Shown here in pieces: positions 13,101 to 23,875 of a stretch of DNA of 64,000 bases. This DNA comes from Vicugna vicugna (Eukaryota), in contig MU058423.1 of the NCBI GenBank assembly GCA_013265495.1, forward strand, positions 695,061-759,060. The letters are read 5' to 3'. How positions within the stretch are numbered: position 1 is the stretch's first letter; each line of letters opens with the position of its first letter. The position numbers and the translations under genes were made by a program. Below the pieces are notes generated by a model that saw only the letters and a program-made list of their open reading frames with translations, did not search any database and was not told the DNA's origin.

Positions 13101-16100
13101 GCTAAGTATCATCTGACGCCGAATCCCTGGGCTCTTGGATGCCCAGCAAAGCCCCTTTACCCAGTGTGGTGCTAGGCTTTGTTCCCTGGCCTCTGTAAGA
13201 GTAGCCCTCACTAACTGCTTTATGGAGAGCCGAGAGCCCAGGCATTTTTGTCTGCATCAGCAGAGCCTTCTGCTATACCTTGGGAAGCCCAAAGTTTGGT
13301 TTAGAATTATTCCATGGGCGTGACGCTTGGTAGAATTTTGTTAGAGACAACAGAGAAGTCAGTGTAGCTGGGGATGGAAAGGAAATGATCCCACCCTAAG
13401 TCCTACCTTTCCATGGACCCTCCTCAACACCTCTGGCCCACAAAGCACTTTCCCTAGCCCAGCTCCTCCATGCGCCACTGGGATGTTAGATTCCCACTCG
13501 TTTTCATGAGCGACCCCATATTACTCTCAAATCGCATCATATCTGTTCATCTCTCCAACAAGGATCCAAATGCATTTGGGTCAGTATTTGCCACACGTGC
13601 TTTTGTGCCTCCTGGGTCACTTGGCTCTGCCCTGGGCACATGGCAGATACTCAATAACTCCTGATCAAATAAAGTTGGGAGGTTGGGGTGGACAAGGCTC
13701 CTCTGATAGTTTGGTTGGCAAAGGAAGATCCCACATTTTTCACACTGGCTGGACATACAGAGGATAATTTAAGAGAGTTAAGTGTGACTCTCTCATACGC
13801 ATACATTCTGAATTCAGAAGAGTGTATTAGATACTTCGGGAAGCTTCTGATGACTCACTTGCCTTGCAAATGGAATTCTGATCATATCATTCTAGGAGGA
13901 GGCTGGCAAGGTGAAAGAAGCATCTAGAAGGGACTTGCAGGAGACAGGAGTAGGTACCTTAGAAGTTCAGCCTTATGTCCAGGGTTTGCTGCTATGGCAG
14001 GGCAACACAATTTTTTTCTGTGGTTTTGCTGCAGCCTACATATTGATGCGGCCAAATGAATTCCCCTCTTTGCAATCTGACCTCCTTCTTACTGTGAAAT
14101 GATCTCATTTCAAGGCTAACCACAAGAGGTTTGGCTGGGCACCCGGCATGCCGTGTGCCTGGCATTTGCAAATCTTCATGCAAAGTGCAAAGTGTTTTTT
14201 TTTTTTAAAGAGAGTAAATAAATCCTGTCCAGAGAAATCTTGGAAAGGTCTGCTCTCAGCCAGGAAGTGAAAAGAAAAGCAATTTCTCTCCCCACCCTCA
14301 CAACCATTATCTGCTGCTCTTCTCGAACGTTAAGGCTTAAGTCGCTTTTAATTTTAGATCAGGAACAATCTGATTTGGGGCCAAGGTCTTTTTTCACTGT
14401 CCTTTAAAATGTATTCAGCTGTGGTGTTTTTCCACCTCCAGCCTGCTCTGTTTCAGTCTCTTGAGTGTCAAAAGCTGAAGCCCTGCCAAGAATTCGACCT
14501 ACAGCCAGGATGCAGTGAGACTATACTCTCTAAAGAGCATCCCCCTCCTGCCTGCAGCAGGAAGCTTGGCAGTTATGAGAGAGAGAGAGAGAGAGACAGA
14601 TGGCTGATCATCTGCCCAGGTTTGGGGGATGCTCACCGCCTCCTTGGCAAAATGTGGCTGTGTCCACACGGCTGCCCAGGAAAATGACCAGCCCAAAGTA
14701 GGCAGAGTTCCCAGAAGCTCAGATCACTGCTTCCCACTTCTCAGCTTAATCTTTCTGTGCCTCCTTCCTCAATCCCCACTATCACCATAGAAAACAATGG
14801 GCTCCCTCACAGACTGGGCTGTTCCCTGGTCCATGCCATCTTGCTCCCAGTCACTGTTGCCATCAGTAGACCACCAGGCATGCAGGACATTCCTTCCAAG
14901 CACTGCAGAGGGACCAGGCATGGGACAAGGATAGATGCCAATACCTGGACTTCAGATTCCATTGGCAGAAACCCAGTTGCCCACTCAACCTGGTTTGTGA
15001 AACCTTAGCTCCTCCTCCTGGGGGGTTATGCTTCCAGCCTGAAACTCCACCCAGAATGAGATGTGCAGACATGGTAGGAGCTGAGACACATAAGACCCTA
15101 TTCCCTAAGCTGACCTACCTTTCTGTAGTAGACGTCAACATTCAACCTACTTGACAGACATTGAGCCTCTGATTTTGTTTCTTCAAGATCTTCCCCACCT
15201 CAGTGGGTGGATCTGACTCTAGACTTTGACCCATTCCATATTCCCCCATCTGCTGTTATGAGGCCAGATCCCAAAATTTGACCATGGAAGGCTCCCATTC
15301 AACAGTATGACCCGGGCACCATCTTGGCTTCTCACACTGGATGGAGTCTTCTTGACAACAGAACTTTCTTTTGAAAAAGATGCCTAAAAGTTGGGTAAAA
15401 ACCTGCTGAACTTTTTGTGGGAACCCTGATACTCACCATCACCTGGTTCCCTCTCCAGGCCTCTGGCAAGGGGAATGTGTTGGGTGGGGAAGGGGGGGAG
15501 TTAATGGGGAGAGGATGGAAGTGGGGAGAGCTTAATTCTAAGACACTGGTGGCCCCCTCGGGATCCCAGGCTCTGCAAAGCCCAGGCCAGTGACAAACTA
15601 TTTCTGGTTTTCACTTCCCTCAGCCACAGCCTTTCTTGGGACCAGCTGACAAGGTTGCTAGTGGATAAGCGTATCCAGGGCATGGCCAGACAGGCTGGCA
15701 AGGTGCTAAGGAGCACAGCAGCTGATGGAAGAGCCTTCTCTTACAGGGAAAGCCTGCCCCTCCCCACATCCCTGCCTGGTTCTGTGCTGCCTGCAGAGGA
15801 GAGAATCAGCCTCTGGAAAGAAAGAAATGTCTCTGGGCTGCACTAGTGAAATGTCCTGAACCCTGCCTGAATGCTATTTCGGAGGGTTGGGCAGAATGGG
15901 ATTGTAGGGGCAAGAGACTTGCTTCCCTAAAAATCTGACCATATGTGGGTTTGAGTCAATGCAACTGAGTCTTTGGAGGGACCTCAGTAACTTGCCCTGT
16001 TTCAAAGAGATGATATAGGATTCAAGCCACAGGGGACCTTTGCTCCAATCCTTAGTGCAAGCCCACAGCCCTCTCCTCTGGAGACATTGGTGGGAATGAA

Positions 16101-16688
16101 ACAAGGTGATATTCCTCAGTCTTGATCTTCATGTGAACTGACATGTCATCCCACACATGCCCCTTTCTCCTCCCTCATCAAACTTCAATAGATTCAACAT
16201 GAAGTAGTGGAAAGGGCACCAGGACAGAAAAAAAAAAAAAAAGATGTGGAAAGTTGTGTCCATTCTATCCCGAAACAGCTGATTGTAGGCAAGTTGCTCT
16301 TGTCTGCTGCATTAGATCTCCACTTCTCTTTCATGGTTCTATGCTTTCCAAGATTCAATGCCTAAATCTTGATTTCTGGCTCACCTGTAGTCAATATTCT
16401 ACCTTCCAAAAACATCTTCTCTGTCTAGAACTTTGGCTAGGACACCTTAGTTGCTAGTGTGGCCTCAGAGTCCTTCTGTGGACCACAAAGCTTTATCCTG
16501 AGATTTGTCCCCAACAAATCTTTGGGCTCTTCTTTCCTCCCATGACTTAATCCATCCCTTTCTTTCTTTCTGGCATCTTGGGGACTTTGATACTCTTTAC
16601 ATTCTCTACCTTTTGACTTTTATAAAGGAAAATGTTTCGTCCATTCATTCAATAAATATTTGCTGTGTGCCTTTTATACAGCAGATCA

Positions 16689-17205
16689 TGTGATAGTCAG
16701 CTATTTTTGCAATAATGCTGTGTAAGAAAATACCCCCCCCCAAATATCAGTGGCTATCAACAAGAAGTATTTGTTTCTCCTGCTTGAAGGCCTACAGGTA
16801 GACTGGGAAACTTTAGGGTTCAGGGTTGGGTTCAGGTCTGCACCTTGGTTGGAATTGGCTGCATTTCAACTATCCAAGAGCCACCTATGGACAGCTCAGG
16901 TCAATGGGAACAGCAGAGCCTGGTCCTCATTTCAGATCTCAGGAAGAAAAATGACAGCTATGTAGGAAGGCTCTTCTCGTGGCAGGGGAAAGTAGCCCCA
17001 AGAGATCAAGCCAAACCATGCATGCACACTTAAAGCCCCTGGTCAGACATAGTGTACTTTATTTCCACTAACATACCATAAGCCAAAGCGAGTCATGGAC
17101 CAAATCGCAAATTAGTGAGGTAGGGATGAATATCTACTCACAGTTAAACCAAGGCAAGTGCAGAAAAAGAAAGAATAATTGTAAATAAATAGCACAATAT
17201 AATAC
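16689..17205 (-). mobile_element. MaLR solo LTR (MLT1K/J-like) inserted in an L2, carrying an 83-bp foreign insert
   Basis: Begins with the reverse complement of the MLT1 3' end (tgtgatagtcagctatt...aataatgctgtgtaa); internal gggttcaggtctgc and ctcttctcgtggcag...aagccaaaccatgcatgcacacttaaagcc. Confidence 0.75.
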
Positions 17206-17987
17206 AGAACAGTTTCTACTTCCATAAAGCTCATAGTCTGATGTGGGAGACAGATATTAAACATGCAAACAAATAAATTAATATATTATAAACTGGGATA
17301 GACATTACAAAGAAGTGAATAACAGGAGGGATCTACTTTTAAAGTGGGTGGTCTGAGGAATCCTCTATGAGGTGATGCCCTTTAAACTGAGGTGTGAAGG
17401 GTGGAAAAGAGTCTGGTGTGCAGAGAGAGGGCAAAGAGCTTTCCAGCCAGTGGGAGTGGCCTGTGCAAAGGCCCTGGGGAAGCAACCATCTTGGTGAGGT
17501 TGAAGAAGTAGAATATGATCTGGTGTGACTACAGTATAGTGAGGGAGGAGAAAATAGTGTGAGCTAAGACTGAAGATGACCGCAGGGGCCACATCATGCA
17601 GGGCCCTGACTTGCTCTCCCCCAAATCCACCAACTATAGCCTCGCCGTTTAGTCAATGCTGCTAAAGAAAACAGCAACACCTCCTCCTGGAAGCCTCCTT
17701 AGGTTGATCAATGTGGTGACGTCACTTTATATTTCACTAAACAAAAACAGAAACAAGACAAGATAAAAACCCTGCAGTCTGCATTTCAGGGACTTGTGCT
17801 GGGCCCGGATTCGAGTCTGGGGAACTGGTGAAAATTCCTAACCTGAACAAATGAGGATGGAAGGAGTCTCCTGGGAGAACCCTCCCCAAGGGAGGAAGAG
17901 CCAGGCCTGACAGCTGGTGCCTGATAACCTTATAAAAAGATGCATTTCTGAATCCAGCGATTTAGCAAGCCCTCAAATCTGCCCCTG

Positions 17988-18150
17988 GCACAAAGGAAAT
18001 TTTTGGAGTGATGGAGAAATTCTGTATCATAATTAGGGTGGTATCACACAGAGTTGGCATTTGACAAGACCCAACTGAACGATCTACTAAAAATTAGTAA
18101 CATTTTATTGTATGTAAATTGTACCTCAGTAAGTTAGTTTTCAAGGTAAA
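17988..18150 (+). mobile_element. Old L1 (L1MC/MD-like) 3'-end fragment
   Basis: ttttggagtgatggagaaattctgtatc...ttttattgtatgtaaattgtacctcagtaa, followed by an A-rich tail. Confidence 0.7.
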
Positions 18151-18610
18151 AAATAAAACAAAACAAAAAGGAAATCATATATAGAAAACAAAACAAAGTA
18201 AAAGATCTGATCCTGGCCCACCTCCATGTTTTCTTGCAGAGATGGCAGGAAACAAAAACAGAAAAAGCTTTCAATGCACTCTATGATACTAGAGCACAGA
18301 CAGCTTTCTCTGCTTTGGGGCCTTTTAATAGAGACACCAGAAGGGGAAGGGAGACACGCTCCTACCTTGTCCCAGGGCCCTGGGCCACTTTAAGACCTTG
18401 AGGACTCAGTTGGTGGTCATAACTGGGTAGAGGTTGGGGGCACTGAGGAGGGTCGGTGGTCTCATCTGGTAGGTGTTACAGGAACCTACCGGAGGAGTAG
18501 AGATCCTGCCCAGCAGAAGTGACAGTGACATTCAGCAATGCGGAGATGTCCTAGTAGCAAAATGTGCGCCCTGAGCCAGCGGAGCCCAGGAGAAACGGCA
18601 GCAATCTGTG

Positions 18611-18943
18611 CAGTGCTGTCCAATGGAAATCCAGCGCCAGCCACAAGGGTGACCCACAGAGATCATTTTATATTTTCTAGTAGCCACATTTAAAAAACTA
18701 AAACAAAAGCAAAATAACCCAAATGAAATTAATTAATCTATCATTTAGTTGTAGTTAATTTAGCTCAGAATCTCCAAAATATGATCATTCCAACATGTAA
18801 TCAATATGAAAAAGATTATTACCAAGATGCCTCACATTTTGTGTACTAAGTCTTTGAAATCCAGTGTGGATTTTGGGCTCAGGGCACCTCGGTTGGAATT
18901 GGGTGCATTTCAACTATCCAAGAGCCACCTCTGGACGGCGCAG
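18611..18943. mobile_element. MER33-like hAT-Charlie non-autonomous DNA transposon
   Basis: Starts cagtgctgtccaat; internal ttttctagtagccacatttaaaa, tcattccaacatgtaatcaatat and tactaagtctttgaaatccagtgtg; ends tggacggcgcag. Confidence 0.8.
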
Positions 18944-19099
18944 GTCAATGGGAACAGCAAAGCCTGCGTGATCAAATTCGTGGGGAGTGTGTGAGGGTTC
19001 TCCCCACCCCAGTCCACTCAGGAAACAAAGCCAACCACTCTGAGGGTCTCCAGCAGTACCAGAGAGTAGGACTCCACAGGGGCTGGAGAGGGTGCCTGC

Positions 19100-19750
19100 T
19101 CTGTGCCAGGCACTGTTCTAGGGAGTTGGGACAAAATAGATCCCCACTCTCAGAGAACTAACATCCTAGCTGGGAAGATGGACAGTGAACGATAAACATC
19201 ACAAATATGTAGCTTGTACAGAACGTTAGAGAGTGGTGAATGCTGTGAATAAAAAGACCAAGGAGGGCAGGTTAAGGGGATGGGGAGTACAGGACAGGGG
19301 CAGGGGGTATGTTACATGGGGTCCACGCTAGTCAGTCCCCATTGAGAAGGCATGATCTGAGCCAAGGCTTAGCTGGTGAAACAGCCAAGCAGAAAGGCCA
19401 TAAAACTTGAGTATCTGGTGTGTTTGAAGGAGAGCAGATAGGCTAGTGTGGGTGGAGCACAGAGGGTGAGGATGGAAGTAATTAGTAATAGAAAAGGAAA
19501 TCAAAATTAACAAAGGAAGAAAGGGGTCCACTGGGCTGCTGTAAGACTTGCGCTCTTAGGCTGAGGAATGGGAGCCATTACAGGGCTTGGGTGAGGAGTG
19601 AAGGGATTCCATCTACATAGACCACGTTGGCTGCCATGTTGAGAACAGACTGGGGGGGTTGGAGGCAAGGGTAGGAGTGGGGAGACCAGTGAGGAAGCTA
19701 CCAAAGTAATCCAGGCAAGAGATGGTAGTGGTTTGGACCAGAGGAGTGAC
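19100..19750 (-). mobile_element. L2 LINE fragment
   Basis: tgtgccaggcactgttctaggg...ggggagaccagtgaggaagctaccaaagtaatccaggcaagagatggtagtggtttggacca. Confidence 0.85.
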
Positions 19751-20309
19751 TGGAACTGGTATCACCACACAGACCTCGTCATTGACTCGCCAGGTCTGTG
19801 TGACCCAACTCTGACTGTCACTGGCCAAGGGGCACACAGGATGTATCCCACTTTTTCATACCCTCCTGAGCAATCACTGTAAGTCATTTAGGTGGCATCT
19901 AAACCAAGTTTGAGGTGCAGCTTCAAGGGAGTCATCAAGAAAATGTTATTATATTCAAATGTCAAGCAAATATATCTGTAATGAAAGTGTTAATGGAGCA
20001 AGTGGAGACTTTAGAGAAAAGGGAATCACAGATTTTCAGCAGAACAATAGCGTTAGGAGAGGGAGGAGAAGGGGAGGGGAGGAGGAGAGGGGACCAGGGG
20101 GAAGGGAGGGGGAGAGTGAAAGGGAGAAGGGGGAGGGGATGGGAAGGGAGATAGAGAAGGAAGGAGGAAGAGACAGACAGGAGAACAAGATTCATGCAAG
20201 TGCTAATCAGCCCGATAGAGGAATAACCTGCTTATGCCTGAGAAATGCCTCAGATTGGAAACTTGGCTGGACACAGCAGTTTTGGACTTGGTCTGGAATT
20301 GTGAAATAA

Positions 20310-20500
20310 GAACAGATACTGAGAGTCATATGTAGAATAGATAAACAAGATTATACTGGATAGCACAGGGAAATACAACAAGATCTTGTGGTGGCTCACA
20401 GAGAAAAAGAATGCGACAGTGAATAAATGTACGTTCATGTATAACTGAAAAATTGTGCTCTACACTGGAAATTGACACAACATTGTAAACTGACTATAAG
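20310..20500 (+). mobile_element. L1 3'-end fragment (artiodactyl/camelid type) with tail expanded into a purine microsatellite
   Basis: atagcacagggaaat...tgtataactgaaaaattgtgctctacactggaattgacacaacattgtaaactgactata is a typical cetartiodactyl L1 3' terminus. Confidence 0.85.
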
Positions 20501-20606
20501 AAAGGAAGGGAGGAAGGAAGGAAGGAAGAAAGAAAGAGAAGAAAGAAAGAGAAAAGAAAGAAAAGAAAAGAAAGAAAGGAGAGAAAAGAAAGACAAGAAA
20601 GAAAAA
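20498..20606 (+). repeat. Compound (GGAA)n/(GAAA)n polypurine microsatellite
   Basis: Almost entirely A/G; follows an L1 3' end. Confidence 0.95.
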
Positions 20607-20679
20607 TGAGTCAGGGTGAACCGAAAGAAAGATTTTACTCAAGCCTAAGGGAAGGACATCAAGTTAGATTAAAATCTAT

Positions 20680-20928
20680 AGGTAAATATATAGCTTTTGA
20701 GATTTGCAGATACTAACTAATATACATAAAATAGATAAAGAGCAAGTTCATACTGTATAGCACAGGAAACTATATTCAGTATCTTGTAGTAACTTACGGT
20801 GGAAAAGAATATGAAAACAAATATATGTATGTTCCTATATGACTGAAGTATTGTGCTGTACACCAGAAACTGACACATTATAAACTGACTATACTTCAAT
20901 AAAAATGCATTAAAAAATAAAAAAATAA
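20680..20928 (+). mobile_element. L1 3'-end fragment
   Basis: tgtatagcacaggaaactatattcagtatcttgtagtaac...aaactgactatacttcaataaaa plus A-tail; TSD-like taaaat(c/a)tat at 20670-20679 and 20926-20935. Confidence 0.88.
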
Positions 20929-21949
20929 AATATATGACTAAGCATTAATAAAGGTAATACATTGTACTTAGTGCACTAGTACGTTTCTGAAGAACTAGTT
21001 TAAAGTTTAAAAGTTGACTTTTTAAGGCACTCTCATTTCTTAATGCTACTGTTAAAAGCTTATTTTTAAAAAGAGTTTTATTTCAGGGGAGAAGAAAAAA
21101 AACGTAATTGTGGCATAGTTAAAGACACTAGACATCAGATTTCTGAGTTCTTAGCTCCCTTCTGTCTCTAATTATTTGTGTGATCTCAGACAAGTCATTT
21201 CAACTCTCTGAGCCTCAGTGTTCTCCTCTGTGAAATGAAAGCACACGCAAGATTAAGCTGTCTCCTCTGGCTCTAAAATTGTGTGTATTTTTAATTGAGT
21301 GGAAAGTGCATTCATTTCCCCCTCCATTATAACCCCTAATGGGCTGCCTGACAGTGTGAAAGCTGAGGTCAAGGTCTTAAGCAAGGCACTCCTTATGTAG
21401 TGACTGTGGGCAAAGGGTCCCTTGAAAGCTGGATTTGCCAACTTAACCCATAAGGCAGCAAACACACACCCGGGCTACCTCTCACAGCTCAGGTGAGCCT
21501 GGCCTTGGCCCCGCCCCTCTCATTTAAATATTCAGTGTCCCCTGTCGACGGTCACTAACAGAGCACACACGTGTGCCAAGCCTGGCACCTGGGTGCCAGG
21601 ACCCAGCTGTGAACAAAGACTAGTGCAGTCCCTGCCTGGTGATGCTCACAGTCTAGTGGGGAAAACAGACATTAAACAAGAGCTATGAATAATTTATTAC
21701 GAGATTCTGAGCATGCAAAGACTGCAAAAAGAAATACCGGAACTACAGAGGCATTTAGCAGAGAGCCTAATTTAGTCCCCTAAGCTGGGGAGTGATATTT
21801 AAGTTGACCCCTCCAAGGGTGAGTGGGAGTTAGGTGATGAGAGAGGAGTATTCTGGACCAAGGGAAGGGAACACATCCCCTCTCTTGAGCTTTCCTCCCC
21901 TCCTTCCGCCATGTTTACCTGAGGATCCAGCTGGGATTTAGAGAGATAA

Positions 21950-22960
21950 TGGCACTCATTCATTTGTTCATTCATTTATTCATAGCTATTATGATTGTGT
22001 TACATGCTGGGAAATCACAATGAACGAGCAGACCCCTCCCCCAGCAATCTTCTCTAATGGAACTTACATCGTCTAGTGGAGAAGTCAGACACATGCATAA
22101 GTGAAATACAATGTTGATGAGCATGGAAGAGAAAATATAGGGAGTGTCAGCTCTAGGGGTAGAGGGTACAATGTCATATAGGAGGTGGTCAGAGAAGGCC
22201 TTAGTGAAAAGGCCTAAAGAAAGGGTGAACCTTATCATGCTCAGGGGAAAAGCATTCCTTACAGAGGGAACAGCAATTGCAAAGACCTTGAGTTAGGAGT
22301 GTGCCTAGCAGACCTGAGGAAAAGCAAGGAGGTCACAGCAGCCAGAACAAAGGGCACAAGCAAGCTGAAGAGGCCAGAGGGGCTGTGGGGACAAGCTTGG
22401 TACGGCCTTGGGGGCCACTGTGAGGACTTGCGCTTTTCCCTGAGTGAGGATTTTAGCAGGGGAGTGGCACGATCTGACACACATTCTAGGAGGACCGCTC
22501 TGACTGCTGTTGAGAATAGACTTTAGGGGCTGGTACCACAGGGACACGGGGAGACCACTAAGGGATGGGTGGCCTGTCATAGGATAGAGGGACTGAGGTT
22601 CTGAGAAGTGCTGGATTCTGGATATAATTAGAGCCAATAAGGTACAGCCGATAAGACCGGATGATGGATTGGATGTGGTGTATGAGAGGAAAAGGGAGTG
22701 AAGAGGATGCTGAGGTTTTTGGCCTGAGTATCCAGCAAAATGGACTTGCTGCTGAGCGAGATGGGAGAGACAGTGGGAGGAGAGGCTTTGAGGGAGAAAT
22801 CAGGCATTTGTTCGGGAGCAGGTGAAGCTTGCGATCTCCATTAGACATCAGTGGAGATGAGCCGTGAGAGTTCAGGGAAGAGGTCTGGAAGGAGAGAAAA
22901 ACTATATATGAGCTGTCAGATATTTAGAGCCAGAAGACTCGATGAGATCACTTACGAGTG
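21950..22960 (-). mobile_element. L2 LINE fragment
   Basis: cattcatttattca 3' end, then ggaacttacatcgtctagtgga, cagagggaacagcaattgcaaagaccttgag, ctctgactgctgttgagaatagact and aggatgctgaggtttttggcctgag. Confidence 0.85.
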
Positions 22961-22961
22961 A

Positions 22962-23025
22962 GGGTAGATTGGAGAAGAGAGGGGTAGATTGGAGAAGAGA
23001 GGGGTAGATTGGAGAAGAGAGGGGT
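22962..23025 (+). repeat. 20-bp tandem repeat x3.2 (GGGTAGATTGGAGAAGAGAG)
   Basis: Three identical units read directly from the sequence. Confidence 0.97.
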
Positions 23026-23514
23026 CCCTGGAGTCCTCCAACACCAAGGAGGACACTGCAAAGGAGACTGTGAAAGAAGCCATGACAAAGTTACCTGGAA
23101 TGGGTCAATCTTCATTCTTCACCCAGCGCTTTCTCCAATCCCTCACTCCCAGCATCTTCTGCATCCAATGCCTGAACCTGACATGTGGACACACACACAC
23201 ACATGCACATACACTAAGCACGATCTCCTGTCTCATTGCATTCCATGCCTCTGAGAAGAGCTGAAAGAGTGTGGACTGCCTTCCGCAGCCATGCACCATG
23301 AGGGACAGGTTTGGACAGAGGCAGGAAAGTTATCTCCCAGGAGGTCAGCACCCTGCACTGTAATTTTTAAATTCCTTTCCTATTGTTGATTCTACTGATC
23401 ACTGATAACACTGCTATGCCCATGGGAAAATTACACAGAGAAGACATTTCCTAGGTAAACTCAAAGCAATATGAACTTGAAAAATAGTGTTTGATTTTAA
23501 AAACCAGAAAAAGT

Positions 23515-23875
23515 ATGGCATAAAATAGATAAACAACAAGTTTCCACTGTATAGCACAGGCAACTATATTCGATATCTTGTAGTAACTCATAATGAAAAA
23601 CAGTAAGAAAAGGAATACTTATAAGGGAGAGGTTATAGCTCAAGTGGTAGAGCACGTGCTTAGCATGCATAAGGTCCTGGGTTCAATCCCCAGTACCTCG
23701 CCTAAAAATAAATAAGTCTACCTTCCCCGTCCCCAAATTAAGTAATACAATAATAAATAATTTTTTAAAAAAGAAAAAAGGAATGTATATATGTATGACT
23801 GAAACATTATGCTGTACATTAGAAATTGACACTACATTGTAAACTGACTATACTTCAATTTTAAAAAAGAAAGAA
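23515..23875 (+). mobile_element. L1 3'-end fragment interrupted by a SINE
   Basis: Same L1 3' terminus as at 20680, split at ~23620/23780; flanked by aaaac(c)cagaaaaa direct repeats. Confidence 0.85.
23625..23775 (+). mobile_element. tRNA-derived SINE (Vic-1-like, camelid type) nested in an L1 3' end
   Basis: A box tagctcaagtgg, B box ggttcaatccc, tail aaataaataagtctaccttcccc plus A-rich end; flanked by aaaaggaat on both sides. Confidence 0.85.

Noticed and set aside
22962..23025. Direct repeats as a possible CRISPR-like array
   Set aside because: Head-to-tail units with no spacers, in a mammalian context.
23625..23700. tRNA-like sequences here and at 32290-32361 and 43099-43170
   Set aside because: A and B boxes are present, but each has a SINE tail, poly(A) and TSDs and diverges from the others, so they are SINEs rather than tRNA genes.
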